A model generated the notes under the pieces. The model had not been told where the DNA came from and searched no databases. It was given only the letters and a program-made list of their open reading frames with translations. This document shows positions 1-9,877 of a DNA stretch of 64,000 nt, piece after piece. Within the stretch, counting starts at the first letter, position 1; each line of letters begins with the position of its first letter. The stretch comes from Nitrosopumilus sp. (GTDB lineage: Archaea > Thermoproteota > Nitrososphaeria > Nitrososphaerales > Nitrosopumilaceae), in the NCBI GenBank assembly GCA_965197525.1, contig OZ240211.1:288001-352000 (forward strand), written 5' to 3'. A program made the position numbers and the translations under genes.

Positions 1-1
1 G

Positions 2-658
2 ACTTGGAAAGCTTTTGAGAATAGATACTGGCCAAGAAAATACATTGCAGATAACGAAGGATACATCCGCTATGACCATATTGGTGAAGGAGCTTACCAA
101 GAGACAGAACGAGTGATTCAAGAACTCTTAAAAGAACGATCACTGGCAATGGGTATGCAAACAGCAAGTGCTGATTCTCTTGTCGATATAGAAGAGTTTG
201 AGCACTCTAGGTTCAGAACCCCAGAACTGTACTTTGGATACGACTTTGCATATAATAGAAACTATTTGGGCAATCCAGAAGGATTCCAACCTGGTAAAAT
301 AGTATCATATATGCCACCTGAAAGTATTCAGAGGGACAAATTCTATGTAACTGGCGATTGGTTGAACCTAAGTGGCAGTATGAAACTTGTATCAGATAAA
401 GGTGTAGTTCAGTTAGTGTACGGGGCAAAAGAGGTAAATATTGTAACTGAAGGTACAGGCACCTTGGAGATATTCCTAGATGGTGAACCGCTACCTGAAG
501 AGCATGCAGGAGTTGATATAACTCCGGGCACCAACACCCTGGAAGCATCAGGTGCAGGGCTATACAACATAATAACAAGCGATGGTAGTGCACAACACGG
601 ACTAGAAATAAGGATTACAGGTCAGGACTTTCAAATGTTTACATTTACCTTTGGCTAG
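2..658 (+). CDS. DipZ-like redoxin/thioredoxin protein, C-terminal part (5' end outside window)
   Basis: Frame is open from position 2 (TWKAFENRYWPRKYIADNEGYIRYDHIGEGAY), a redoxin C-terminal motif, followed by a DipZ-type C-terminal domain ending FTFTFG. Confidence 0.7.
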   Translation, partial: TWKAFENRYWPRKYIADNEGYIRYDHIGEGAYQETERVIQELLKERSLAMGMQTASADSLVDIEEFEHSRFRTPELYFGYDFAYNRNYLGNPEGFQPGKIVSYMPPESIQRDKFYVTGDWLNLSGSMKLVSDKGVVQLVYGAKEVNIVTEGTGTLEIFLDGEPLPEEHAGVDITPGTNTLEASGAGLYNIITSDGSAQHGLEIRITGQDFQMFTFTFG

Positions 659-885
659 CCACACTGTAAACAACTGCTAGACGATGCAAGATAGATTCGA
701 TAATGTAGTAGGCATGTTACTGCTATGTGGGATTAATGATATGCACAAAGGAGCGAATCAACATAAATGTCATTTATCACCATGGGGATCATATGTGTCA
801 CCATATAGACTGTAACTGCAGTTACATCATGTACGGTGACAATTTCCTTTAAAGCAGAGAATGTCAAGACTATGTAAGATTAATT

Positions 886-1536
886 ATGATAAGCAACTCT
901 TGGAATAAGCCAGAAAATGAGAGTATCACCCAAAAAGTACTAGGCAAGGTAAAGCCTGATGAACCGTTAAAGAATCGAATCGACCTAGCACAACGAAAGT
1001 TACAAGCTCAGATCTCAAAACTAGAGGGCATTAATGAAAAACTACGGGTACAGCACGATGCAATATTTGCCAAAATAGTCAACGCTCAAAAAAATCGTAA
1101 ACCAGTCTACGCAAAAGCATATGCAAACGAGTTGGCAAACGTCAGAAAGATGAAAAATATGATAGGCGGTGCAAAATTATCCATGGAGCAAGTCAGACTT
1201 CGACTAGATACTGTATCTGAATTGGGAGACGTTGTAGTTACTCTCAGTCCTTGTATGTCAATCATCAAAGGTCTAAGCCCATCACTTAGTGGAATTATGC
1301 CCGAAGCAAATGCATCTATGCAAGATTTGTCACAAATACTAGGTGATGTGATGTCAGGATCATCAGTAGATAACGCTGACAGTCTAAGCATTGGTGCTGA
1401 GACTGACGCAGATACTATGGCAATCTTAGAAGAAGCACATAATGTTATTGCTGGTCAAACCAAGACTACAATTCCAGATATTCCAGAGAATCTCAAACAT
1501 GAGATAGTGCAAAAAAGAACAAACATCCTGGCTTGA
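886..1536 (+). CDS. cdvB: Cell division protein CdvB (ESCRT-III/Snf7 family paralog)
   Basis: Snf7-like helical core (YAKAYANELANVRKMK, LRLDTVSELGDVVVTLSP) and C-terminal MIM2-like IPDIP. Confidence 0.85.
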   Translation: MISNSWNKPENESITQKVLGKVKPDEPLKNRIDLAQRKLQAQISKLEGINEKLRVQHDAIFAKIVNAQKNRKPVYAKAYANELANVRKMKNMIGGAKLSMEQVRLRLDTVSELGDVVVTLSPCMSIIKGLSPSLSGIMPEANASMQDLSQILGDVMSGSSVDNADSLSIGAETDADTMAILEEAHNVIAGQTKTTIPDIPENLKHEIVQKRTNILA

Positions 1537-1683
1537 TTGTTCGGTATGTGTAGATGATTAGAATTGATTTGCATTATACGAGTTGTACACGTTGCTCTTA
1601 CATTCAGTTTGTATTAGTACTACACTAGTTGATCGAAAACTTGCAAATTAATTCAAATTTCAGCAATATACAGATAAAGTCAA

Positions 1684-1899
1684 TTAACGTGTACGATTTT
1701 GTTTAACTAACAACAGTCTTTGTCTATCTTGGGTTCCTCGTGGATTTGTTCGCAGTACCATCCCACAACAAGGACAGTTAGTTCCGTCCCACGTTATAAA
1801 AATCGCACAGGGTGAGCACCTCTTCTGACCTGATTCATATCTGCTTAGTAACAATGGTTTTTTTGCCTTGTATTTATCGCAAGTGCCTCTACAGCCCAT
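1684..1899 (-). CDS. Small Cys-rich putative zinc-binding protein
   Basis: CxxxC, CxxC and CPCC motifs in 71 aa; resembles thaumarchaeal small proteins. Confidence 0.65.
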   Translation of the reverse strand: MGCRGTCDKYKAKKPLLLSRYESGQKRCSPCAIFITWDGTNCPCCGMVLRTNPRGTQDRQRLLLVKQNRTR

Positions 1900-2141
1900 G
1901 ATTTTAGTATGTATGTCTATTATATCTAGTATTAGATCTATCTTTTTGTTTCACTAAAAATAAAATTATGAAAAATAGAGACAATTTGACATAATCCAAA
2001 TTTACAGCCATGGAAAGATATTCCAAGAATTTGAAATAAACAATCACCAAAACAAAATTTGGTTGCAAAGACATCATAGTTGGTACACCAAGTTGCATCA
2101 ATGATCATCTTCAACTATACCATAATCATATACAAATCTCA

Positions 2142-2489
2142 TTATTGATTACTTGATCTCTTTTTACTCTTTAGAATCAAGACCTTTTTTATTCGAGATA
2201 TAGTAGGATAACTATAACCACGCCTACGATAGTTGGCAATCATCACCTTCCAGTTCTTTAATCTCCACTGAGCTTGTTCTTGTGTAACTGAGTGGACCTC
2301 TCTTTGAATGATGCTTTTTCTACCGACCTTTAGTGTTCCAGCATCCTTTGCAGCCCACCTATTCTTTGCAAATTTCAGCCCGGTAATAATCTCAGATATT
2401 GGCATCTCTTTAAAGTACTCTCCAAGTCTCTTCAACTCTGAATCCGTAGGCTGTTTTGAGACTGGAAGCTCAATAGAGGATTTTGCCAT
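2142..2489 (-). CDS. Conserved basic hypothetical protein
   Basis: Likely start MAKSSIELP at 2489; the upstream extension in the ORF track runs into the repeat array. Confidence 0.65.
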   Translation of the reverse strand: MAKSSIELPVSKQPTDSELKRLGEYFKEMPISEIITGLKFAKNRWAAKDAGTLKVGRKSIIQREVHSVTQEQAQWRLKNWKVMIANYRRRGYSYPTISRIKKVLILKSKKRSSNQ

Positions 2490-2617
2490 AAATATAGTAA
2501 TTTGCCATGCCTTAAGAGAATTACTAGTAGAGATGATAATTGTGGTGGTGTTCAAACCAGAATAATGAACTTGTCTGGCATTCATACAAGCAAGATAAAA
2601 TACAACAAACCTTACAC

Positions 2618-2842
2618 TGTTAAAAATTCGGGACATTTGATCCTGCTGTTAAATTCGGGACATGACAAATGGTATATTTCTAGAGTGTTAAATTAGGGAC
2701 ATAAAATTTGATATATTTTATGAGTGTTAAATTTGGGACATAATATGTGGTCTGGAGATTGTTAAATTAGGGAGTTTTCAACAAGGTGCTAAGTTAGGTA
2801 TATGACACCATGTTTGTTTCGAGACTGTTAAGTTAGGGAGTT
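2618..2842 (+). repeat. Array of seven degenerate 17-bp direct repeats, consensus TGTTAAATTNGGGACAT
   Basis: Copies start at 2618, 2647, 2686, 2725, 2760, 2787 and 2826 (spacings 29, 39, 39, 35, 27, 39). Confidence 0.85.
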
Positions 2843-2928
2843 CGTGTTGTCATCTAGGATTAATTCATTTAATCAAAAAATTACTCAAATGTAACACATT
2901 TAGATGGTTTTATTTTTAAAAATGAGGG

Positions 2929-3096
2929 TTATTTTGCTTCCACCATGTTTAGTCGTTCATTTATTTTTTTCACGTCTTCTTTCAACTCACTAAGTTGTTT
3001 CTTTACGAAAGTCATATCTTCGTCCAATTTACCAAATCGTGTACTAATATCGTTTTTTAACTCTGTAAGGGAGTACAAGAGCTTGTGTTCATCCAT
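2929..3096 (-). CDS. Small coiled-coil protein (55 aa), absent from ORF track
   Basis: Manual translation MDEHKLLYSLTELKNDISTRFGKLDEDMTFVKKQLSELKEDVKKINERLNMVEAK shows heptad periodicity. Confidence 0.6.
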   Translation of the reverse strand: MDEHKLLYSLTELKNDISTRFGKLDEDMTFVKKQLSELKEDVKKINERLNMVEAK

Positions 3097-3138
3097 ATTA
3101 TATAATAAATCATATTGTATATATGTTAAACGTATTAT

Positions 3139-3158
3139 GGTTCTGTCGGGTTAACGGG
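3139..3158 (+). mobile_element. Solo IS6-like terminal repeat
   Basis: GGTTCTGTCGGGTTAACGGG; 16/20 identity to the tnpB-element TIR; first 15 bp identical to 62234-62248. Confidence 0.55.
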
Positions 3159-3330
3159 TGCTGAAAATGCACACGGTTAACTCTTCAAATGGTTTTCCCA
3201 GAATGGGCTGAGTGTTAACTTGGAGTTTCCGGATGCGGTGTATCCTGATGCCATCGGATCTATCATTCCGGATGCGGTGCCTGATTGCAACGTTGTTTTT
3301 CTCAAAGGATGGGTTTGGATACCGCGTTTC

Positions 3331-5073
3331 TCAACTGGTGCTGACAGTGTATGTTTCATCCACACCTGTGGGGACGGCGTCAGTCAGCGGGTTGCCTGCT
3401 GCGTCTGTGATGCCATGGTCTGGAACTAGATCAATGTCGTAGGTGCCGTCCCGGGATACAGAGACTGTGGCTAGGTATTGGCTGCCGGACCCGGTTACTG
3501 ATGTGATGGGACCAGAGTTGGCGCCGTCACCGAGTGTAAGAGTCCAAGAGTTGAGGATCCCAGAGTCCAGATGATAGTTGTCATTCATGCGCAGCTGCCA
3601 GTCGCCGTTAATTGAGACGTCATCGCTGTATCCAAGTGTGTATGTTTCTACAATGTCGTCTGCAGAGCCGCCTGCGCGGTTGTGCAGTGTCATTACTTGG
3701 CCGTCAGGCGAGACGAGTTGCACCAGGAGATCGCCTCTCCACGGATGGGTAATGTCTACTGCAACGGATACTGCAGAGACTGTGCCTGATTCAGAGACTG
3801 TGATGGTGTCTGTCTTGTCTGTGTTGTGGGGCACTATGGCAAGGGATGGCGTACTGGTATACGTAAACGGATTTGAGCCTATTCTGCCCGTGCTGTTTGA
3901 AGACAGGGCAAAGTCGGATGCATCCACGCCGGTCACGTCCTCGCTGAATGTCACGCTGTATATCAGTGTCTGGTTGCCCGTGGTTGCGTTTGACGGGTTG
4001 AACCGCTCAATTGATGAGATTGTTGGGGCTGTGCGATCAACTGTATATGTGTGGTCTGCGCCAGTTGGGACGTGATCTATCAACGGATTGCCTGCGGTAT
4101 CTGTTATGCCGTGCCCGGACGAGGTCAAGTTGAGATTGTATGTACCCTCCTGTACGGCAGAGACTGTTATGTTGTATGTGCTGTTGGAACCTGACAGGTT
4201 GGCTATGGTACCGGTTGTGGTGGAGGAGTTGACTGTAAGCGTCCAGCTGTTCAGGGTGCCGTCGTCTGCTGAGGCATAGTTGTCGTTTATCCGCAAAGTC
4301 CAGGTACCTGCAATTGATACCCCTGTAAAGTCTGGTGTGTATGTCTGGTCTATGTCATTGGCGGAGCCGCCTGAGCGGTTGTGGACTGTCTTGGTTGTAC
4401 CATCAGGTGCAATAAGATCAATCTTGAGATCACCTTTGTACGTGTGGGAGACATCGACTGCAAGCGAGACTGACGTAACAGTGCCAGAGTCTGTAACTGT
4501 AATGGTGTCTGATATGGTGTTGTCGTCTTCAGTTATGTCAATGTCAGGAGAATTCGTCTGTGTGAACTGGTCGAAACTGGTGATGGTACTGCCTGTGGTG
4601 ATGGTACCGCTTGGGGTAATGGTATACATGACAAAGTCAGTAACATCCACACCGGTCACGTCCTCGCTGAACGTCACGTTGTATATCAGCGTCTGGCTGT
4701 TGGTGCTTTCCACAGCAGGATCATGTCTTGCAATCGATGATACAGTTGGTGCGGTGGTGTCAGTGACGTTGGTCTGCCCCACTATCACTTCGACGAAATC
4801 ATAGTAATCGTAATCCGGATATGTGTTGTTTACCTCTACGTAGAGGTGGTAGACAAACGCGTCATCCATGGACAGTCCGTCATCCGTTATGGTATGCGTG
4901 TCGTTGCCTAGGAACCAAATGGAAGGCCCAAATGCTGAATCAATATTGTCTGTCTGGTCAACCACATACCTCGTCGCATCTCCTGAATAATTCCAACCTA
5001 CGGTCGTAGAGTTGTGAGTCGTAGCAGCCCACATGTCAAGTATGCCTGCCTGGCGAACCGTGGCATTTACCAA
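3331..5073 (-). CDS. Surface protein segment 3: two Ig-like/proprotein convertase P-domain modules
   Basis: P-domain motifs HTYKGDLKIDLIAPDG...GTWTLRIND and HPWRGDLLVQLVSPDG...GDWQLRMND; Ig motifs VTFSEDVTGVD and ITDAAGNPL. Confidence 0.75.
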   Translation of the reverse strand: MVNATVRQAGILDMWAATTHNSTTVGWNYSGDATRYVVDQTDNIDSAFGPSIWFLGNDTHTITDDGLSMDDAFVYHLYVEVNNTYPDYDYYDFVEVIVGQTNVTDTTAPTVSSIARHDPAVESTNSQTLIYNVTFSEDVTGVDVTDFVMYTITPSGTITTGSTITSFDQFTQTNSPDIDITEDDNTISDTITVTDSGTVTSVSLAVDVSHTYKGDLKIDLIAPDGTTKTVHNRSGGSANDIDQTYTPDFTGVSIAGTWTLRINDNYASADDGTLNSWTLTVNSSTTTGTIANLSGSNSTYNITVSAVQEGTYNLNLTSSGHGITDTAGNPLIDHVPTGADHTYTVDRTAPTISSIERFNPSNATTGNQTLIYSVTFSEDVTGVDASDFALSSNSTGRIGSNPFTYTSTPSLAIVPHNTDKTDTITVSESGTVSAVSVAVDITHPWRGDLLVQLVSPDGQVMTLHNRAGGSADDIVETYTLGYSDDVSINGDWQLRMNDNYHLDSGILNSWTLTLGDGANSGPITSVTGSGSQYLATVSVSRDGTYDIDLVPDHGITDAAGNPLTDAVPTGVDETYTVSTS

Positions 5074-5139
5074 GTTTGATGGCAGTGACAGGCCGTCTGC
5101 AGTGACAGCCTTTACTTGGTACGAGTATGACGCGCCCGG

Positions 5140-7365
5140 CTACACGGAACGGTCTATGTACGCTGTATCGGTGCTTTGCGTGTCGTTGACTAGCACGGAT
5201 AGGCCAAAACCAGAGTCGCGCAACACCTGGTAGCCTATAGGAGATCCTAGTGCGGGTTGGTACCACATCAACACCACCTCGGAGTCTGTGACCTTGGCGC
5301 CTAGTTCTGCTGGCTGGAACAGCGCAGCGTTTGTGACGACAATATCGACAACAAAGCTTGCAGTGGCGATATTACCGGAATCATCGGTGGCAGTACAGGT
5401 AACTGTGGTCCTACCTTCCCCAAACGTCGAGCCTGATGGTGGGGAGCACGACATGTCAACATCTGAGTCTGCTAGGTCAGTCACTGACAGGGCATCAAAT
5501 GTCACCACAGTCGAGTTCCCCTGCATCAACGTTTTGTCTATATTTGCAGGGGCGGGATCAAATACCGGTGGCGTGGTATCCTGCACCGTTACTATCTGGG
5601 TGGCAGTAGCCATGATACCAGAGGAGTCAGTGGCAGTCCAGATCACAGTCGTGTTGCCAACATGAAATGATGCCGTGGCGTTGTTGGTTATGGTTATGTT
5701 AGTGTCAGTGTCATGTGTGGCAATAGCGTTTCCTATGTCAACTGTGGTAAGGGAACTGGTAGCCTCGACTGTTACATCAACAGGTGCCGTTATTCTAAGT
5801 GATGACTGAACCACGGTTATGATCTGGGTACGAACCTGAACCGTGTTTGACGGTTCTGACAGTCTTCCTCCTGTACTGACTGATTTGATCTGATAAGAGT
5901 ATGCTGTGTCTGGTTCCACAGCAGAATCCACATATGTTGTCGCAGTACTGCCGGTATCAGTTACGAGTATCCCAAGAGAGCTAGATGTTCCACGCAGTAT
6001 CTGGTAGCCGGTTACTGGATCTGTTGGGGCATGCCAATTAAGAGTTATTGAGTTTGACGTGGATGTTGTCCTGACATTTGTTGGTGCTGTTGGTCCAGAT
6101 ATTATATTTATGTGAACTGTTGCAGGTTCGCTGCTGAGATGACCATCAAATGCACGAAACGTAAAAGAATCCATTCCCACAGCATTATTGTTTGGGGTAT
6201 ACCTATGCTCACTAGAGTTGATGGAAAATCGATCCAGCGTGCCGTTTTTTGGATCGGTCACTATTGAAAATGACAGGATATCATTTTCAGGATCAGAGCC
6301 AGTCAATGTTATGTCCACCGTTTCACCTGATTGAACAGTCACGGTTTGTGGAGTTGCAGTAGGTTTGAGGGTGACAAAATCCATGCTGTGCATTTTCATA
6401 ATGTTAAATGTTGATGCATACTCCTCGTTCCACAATTTATCAAAGTTTTTGAATGTTCTTGGTTTATCTTCGAGTATCATCATGATCTTATCGCTACCTT
6501 CTGCCATCATATCATGATTGACGTTATCAATGAAATCATGATCAGGGTGTGAAGAATTATCTGTAATGTCCCATAAAGCTGCTGCTACTCTTCCTTCCAC
6601 TGTTTGCCCCACTAGATTTCCATTAAGTATAGTTATAGCAGGGTTATTTATATTCCCAGATAAATCCTCATCATCATCTACAAGTGCAGCTCTCTCTAAA
6701 TCGATATGAGTATCATTATACCATTTGTATACACTAGCATTATCAACTAGACTAGGGACAAAATCCGCCCATCCTTCTGTCCATGCACAACCCTCATTGC
6801 CAGTAGAACCTCCAAAGGTGTGACCACTACAATTGGCGGTTGGAGGAAAGTTTGAACCGTATATACTATTCATAATGTGATGACCGTACTCGTGTAGTAT
6901 TGTAAATCTTCGTTGAGAATCGTCAGAAGTCCCTGGTAGAAGTGGTAAACCGTCAATATATATTGTGTCTAAACTCCGATCGTAAAAACTATCTGTATCG
7001 TCATCGTCCATAGTAAACACTTCAGGATCAGCGCCGCTCTGCCAGTTTACTGGAACTTTGGATATTACAATATTATATTCAGATGAGAAGTGATCATGAG
7101 CGTCTGAAATACTATCTGATATCCAAAGAGCGTTTTGTATATCGCCGTCTTCTGAATCAATCTGGGCGTTTATGAAAAATGCATTAAGATGGCTATTATA
7201 AACTCGATGGAATGATGTACGATACTCACGTTCATCAATATTTTGCACCTTTACATGATCGCCTTCACTGTAAACAGTTGCACGAATACGAAAAACATCC
7301 CCCTCTAAAAGATTAACATAGTTACTCTGAATATAAAAAAACACCATTAGACGAAGTATTACCAC
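5140..7365 (-). CDS. Surface protein segment 2: HEXXH metallopeptidase, Ig/cadherin-like, FN3, HYR and FN3 domains
   Basis: ILHEYGHHIM zincin motif with downstream WTEGWAD; FN3 motifs; HYR-like DTTPPV...FGEGRTTVTCTATD. Confidence 0.75.
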   Translation of the reverse strand: MVILRLMVFFYIQSNYVNLLEGDVFRIRATVYSEGDHVKVQNIDEREYRTSFHRVYNSHLNAFFINAQIDSEDGDIQNALWISDSISDAHDHFSSEYNIVISKVPVNWQSGADPEVFTMDDDDTDSFYDRSLDTIYIDGLPLLPGTSDDSQRRFTILHEYGHHIMNSIYGSNFPPTANCSGHTFGGSTGNEGCAWTEGWADFVPSLVDNASVYKWYNDTHIDLERAALVDDDEDLSGNINNPAITILNGNLVGQTVEGRVAAALWDITDNSSHPDHDFIDNVNHDMMAEGSDKIMMILEDKPRTFKNFDKLWNEEYASTFNIMKMHSMDFVTLKPTATPQTVTVQSGETVDITLTGSDPENDILSFSIVTDPKNGTLDRFSINSSEHRYTPNNNAVGMDSFTFRAFDGHLSSEPATVHINIISGPTAPTNVRTTSTSNSITLNWHAPTDPVTGYQILRGTSSSLGILVTDTGSTATTYVDSAVEPDTAYSYQIKSVSTGGRLSEPSNTVQVRTQIITVVQSSLRITAPVDVTVEATSSLTTVDIGNAIATHDTDTNITITNNATASFHVGNTTVIWTATDSSGIMATATQIVTVQDTTPPVFDPAPANIDKTLMQGNSTVVTFDALSVTDLADSDVDMSCSPPSGSTFGEGRTTVTCTATDDSGNIATASFVVDIVVTNAALFQPAELGAKVTDSEVVLMWYQPALGSPIGYQVLRDSGFGLSVLVNDTQSTDTAYIDRSV

Positions 7366-8560
7366 ATCCTATACCGCTGGCTGTACCAGTACTATTATTA
7401 TATATTCCAATACATACCTTGGCAGAATTAACATAAGTCGTATCTCCTTCACCGAAAGGAATTTGATCGTTACGTACCCAAGTGCTTACTAAAAAAGATG
7501 TGGAATGACTGCGAGATGATGAAGATTGCGTTGATGCCCGTTTTGAAAATTCTTCATCTATCTCAGCATCCGTATGTCCTCCATCACGAAGGATCTGTCG
7601 GAAATCAGTCATATTCAGATTCAGGTGTGCACTCATCTGTTGGACAAAGTCTAGGGACTCCCCAACTCTTTGCTTAGGGTCAATGCCTTCAAAGTATGCT
7701 GCAAAGAATTCGGTGAGTAGATCTAGTGACGGTGGGACGTACCAGGAAGCGTCACCCCAGTCCTCATCATCAACCCAAGATTCAGAATCACTTTGTGTGC
7801 CCTTGGCAGATTTTTGCCCTAATGATGGGTAAAGTTCGGGATATCTAGCCATGCGTTCTGACCACAGCATTGTCTCTTCATCGTCAAGGTATATTCCAAG
7901 GTATCCTCCAGTCCGGTAGTAGGATATACCAGTTATGTGGTAATGTCCTTCATTGACAGCCCTAACTTCAATAGTATACGTCTTTGACTCGTCTGTATCA
8001 AGAGGTGTGAATTCTGTATAGTAGTAACGAAGTATTTCGTTGCCTGTTCTGTCTAACTCAATTTCATACTCAAGTCCACCAGAGTCAACTATCTCAAATC
8101 CAGAAGGTATTGTCCATCCGGTTATAAGATGTATACTGGATCTATTCTCTGTTGTATTGGTAACTGGTAGGCCATTATTAGTGATGTTTATAGTCACTGT
8201 TGCAGTCTCGTTAATATTTGGCAGTCGTGATATGCTTACTTCTGGTATTGTATGGCTTGATGTCCTAGGTGCTGTTTGATCAATCGATCCTACAGGACGT
8301 TCATAGGGTGCGGTCTCATATGACAGTATAAATCCTCTCTGTTTCAAGGGATCGACTGACGATGTAAAGACACATGCCGGTAAACCGCTTGGAGACTGCA
8401 TCAATACCCTATCATCACGGCATTGTATCTCTTCAATCGACACTCCTGATTCAAATTGTGCGTGTGGCGACTGTATGTCATTGGTATCTGCAAGTGCGGA
8501 AGTCATACTTACACTGAGTGTCAGAATTACCAGTATGGTGATTTTTAGTGTAGATGTCAT
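7322..8560 (-). CDS. Surface protein segment 1: signal peptide and N-terminal region
   Basis: Hydrophobic N-terminus (LKITILVILTLSVSMTSALA), then SPHAQFESGV...IQCRDDRVLM...SGLPACV; TATA-like TTATAT about 25 bp upstream. Confidence 0.7.
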   Translation of the reverse strand: MTSTLKITILVILTLSVSMTSALADTNDIQSPHAQFESGVSIEEIQCRDDRVLMQSPSGLPACVFTSSVDPLKQRGFILSYETAPYERPVGSIDQTAPRTSSHTIPEVSISRLPNINETATVTINITNNGLPVTNTTENRSSIHLITGWTIPSGFEIVDSGGLEYEIELDRTGNEILRYYYTEFTPLDTDESKTYTIEVRAVNEGHYHITGISYYRTGGYLGIYLDDEETMLWSERMARYPELYPSLGQKSAKGTQSDSESWVDDEDWGDASWYVPPSLDLLTEFFAAYFEGIDPKQRVGESLDFVQQMSAHLNLNMTDFRQILRDGGHTDAEIDEEFSKRASTQSSSSRSHSTSFLVSTWVRNDQIPFGEGDTTYVNSAKVCIGIYNNSTGTASGIGCGNTSSNGVFLYSE

Positions 8561-8674
8561 GTTAGATTAACAAAAACATATGATATAAGACTAGGGATAC
8601 TTGGTTCTGTGAAGTTATCGGGAGTTATATGTCAATCCCTAAAATGTATAAACCTCTGAACCGTAAGATATTCG

Positions 8675-9877
8675 TTGAAAGCGATAAAGTCAATATCACA
8701 GAAATATGCGCAAAACTCTGATCTAATGGATATGATGGCTATATTCACAAAGATGGTCAATCATTGCATCAAGATAGGGTTGAAAGAAGACACTCACAAT
8801 ATGAAGAGGTTGTCCATGTTATGTTATCATGAATTACGTAACTATGACATTTTATCAACATACAAGATATGTGCAATATCAAGAGCTGCAGGCATATTAT
8901 CAAACAGAAAACAATCAAACAAACGAGGTGTCAGAATAAGAGACCCAATAGTCAAAAATCCCTTTATGACAAACTGTTACGGCATAAAACACAACGGTGC
9001 ACTACTAACAATCCCATACAAGAAACATAACCCAATCAACATTTTACTCAACGATCACACCCAAAAAATCCTATCTGATCCTGCCTTGACGGTGCGCTCG
9101 TTTTCATTGACTGCTCTGAACATCAGTCTTTGTGTTTCAAAAACAGTGCAAGAGATAGAGTGCACCAAGAAAGTGGGAATAGACAGAAACCTAAGAAATG
9201 TGACGTGTGGGAACGAGGAAGAGGTGACAGTCTACAAGACAAACAAACTGTTATCCATAAAGGAGAACACAATACACGCCAGGGCAGGCTTCCACAGAAA
9301 TGATCGCAGGAAGAAAAATCAGTTCTACAAGGAAAAACAGAGAAGACTGACTAACAGAGCAAAGCAGTACATCCACAGAATCTCAAAGGATATAGTAGAC
9401 AACGCAGTCAAAAACAAGACTGCAATCGTCATGGAAAACCTGAAAGGAATAAGAAAATTGTACCGAAAAGGAAACAGTCAAGGTAACAAGTACAGACGTA
9501 GATTGAACGGGTGGCAATTCTACGAGTTACAACGCCAAGTAGAATACAAAGCCCAATGGGTCGGACTACCTCCAGTCGAGACAGTAGACCCAAGAAACAC
9601 GAGCACGCAGTGTCCGCAATGCGGAAAGAGACTCCAAGAGGACATGCAACAACATCGTAAATTGTCGTGTAATAATTGCGGTTTGTTTATGGACAGGGAC
9701 ATCATCGCTGCCATGAACATATCACGCAAGCTGCCCCCTAGGTTTAGGGGTAGTAGAGGTGACATAGATGAAGCACAGTCCGGCACTTTTGAGCAGGCGA
9801 TGACGGAACCCAGCACACCATTGGTAATCCGAATAGTCGATATGTCAAAGTCAAGTTTAGGGGTTAACTCCCGATAA
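8675..9877 (+). CDS. tnpB: RNA-guided endonuclease TnpB (IS605 OrfB family)
   Basis: RuvC-I VGIDRN, RuvC-II IVMENL, zinc finger CPQC...CNNC, RuvC-III DRDIIAAMNI; TATAAA at 8647-8652 before a TTG start. Confidence 0.9.
   Translation: MKAIKSISQKYAQNSDLMDMMAIFTKMVNHCIKIGLKEDTHNMKRLSMLCYHELRNYDILSTYKICAISRAAGILSNRKQSNKRGVRIRDPIVKNPFMTNCYGIKHNGALLTIPYKKHNPINILLNDHTQKILSDPALTVRSFSLTALNISLCVSKTVQEIECTKKVGIDRNLRNVTCGNEEEVTVYKTNKLLSIKENTIHARAGFHRNDRRKKNQFYKEKQRRLTNRAKQYIHRISKDIVDNAVKNKTAIVMENLKGIRKLYRKGNSQGNKYRRRLNGWQFYELQRQVEYKAQWVGLPPVETVDPRNTSTQCPQCGKRLQEDMQQHRKLSCNNCGLFMDRDIIAAMNISRKLPPRFRGSRGDIDEAQSGTFEQAMTEPSTPLVIRIVDMSKSSLGVNSR

Larger units (their letters stand above)
3331..8560 (-). pseudogene. 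Giant secreted metallopeptidase/adhesin gene (about 1740 aa) split by one frameshift and one in-frame amber codon
   Basis: The three ORFs join if one base is removed from the A7 tract at 7335-7341 and TAG at 5140-5142 is read through; the FN3 domain continues across the TAG. Confidence 0.75.

Noticed and set aside
2618-2842. CRISPR array interpretation of the 17-bp repeats
   Set aside because: Repeats are too short and degenerate, spacers are 10-22 bp and resemble one another, and no cas genes are present
5140-5142. Pyrrolysine or genome-wide stop recoding
   Set aside because: No pyl genes in the window; TAG ends ordinary genes (for example rpl3 and the first ORF) and in-frame stops elsewhere fall in obvious IS remnants
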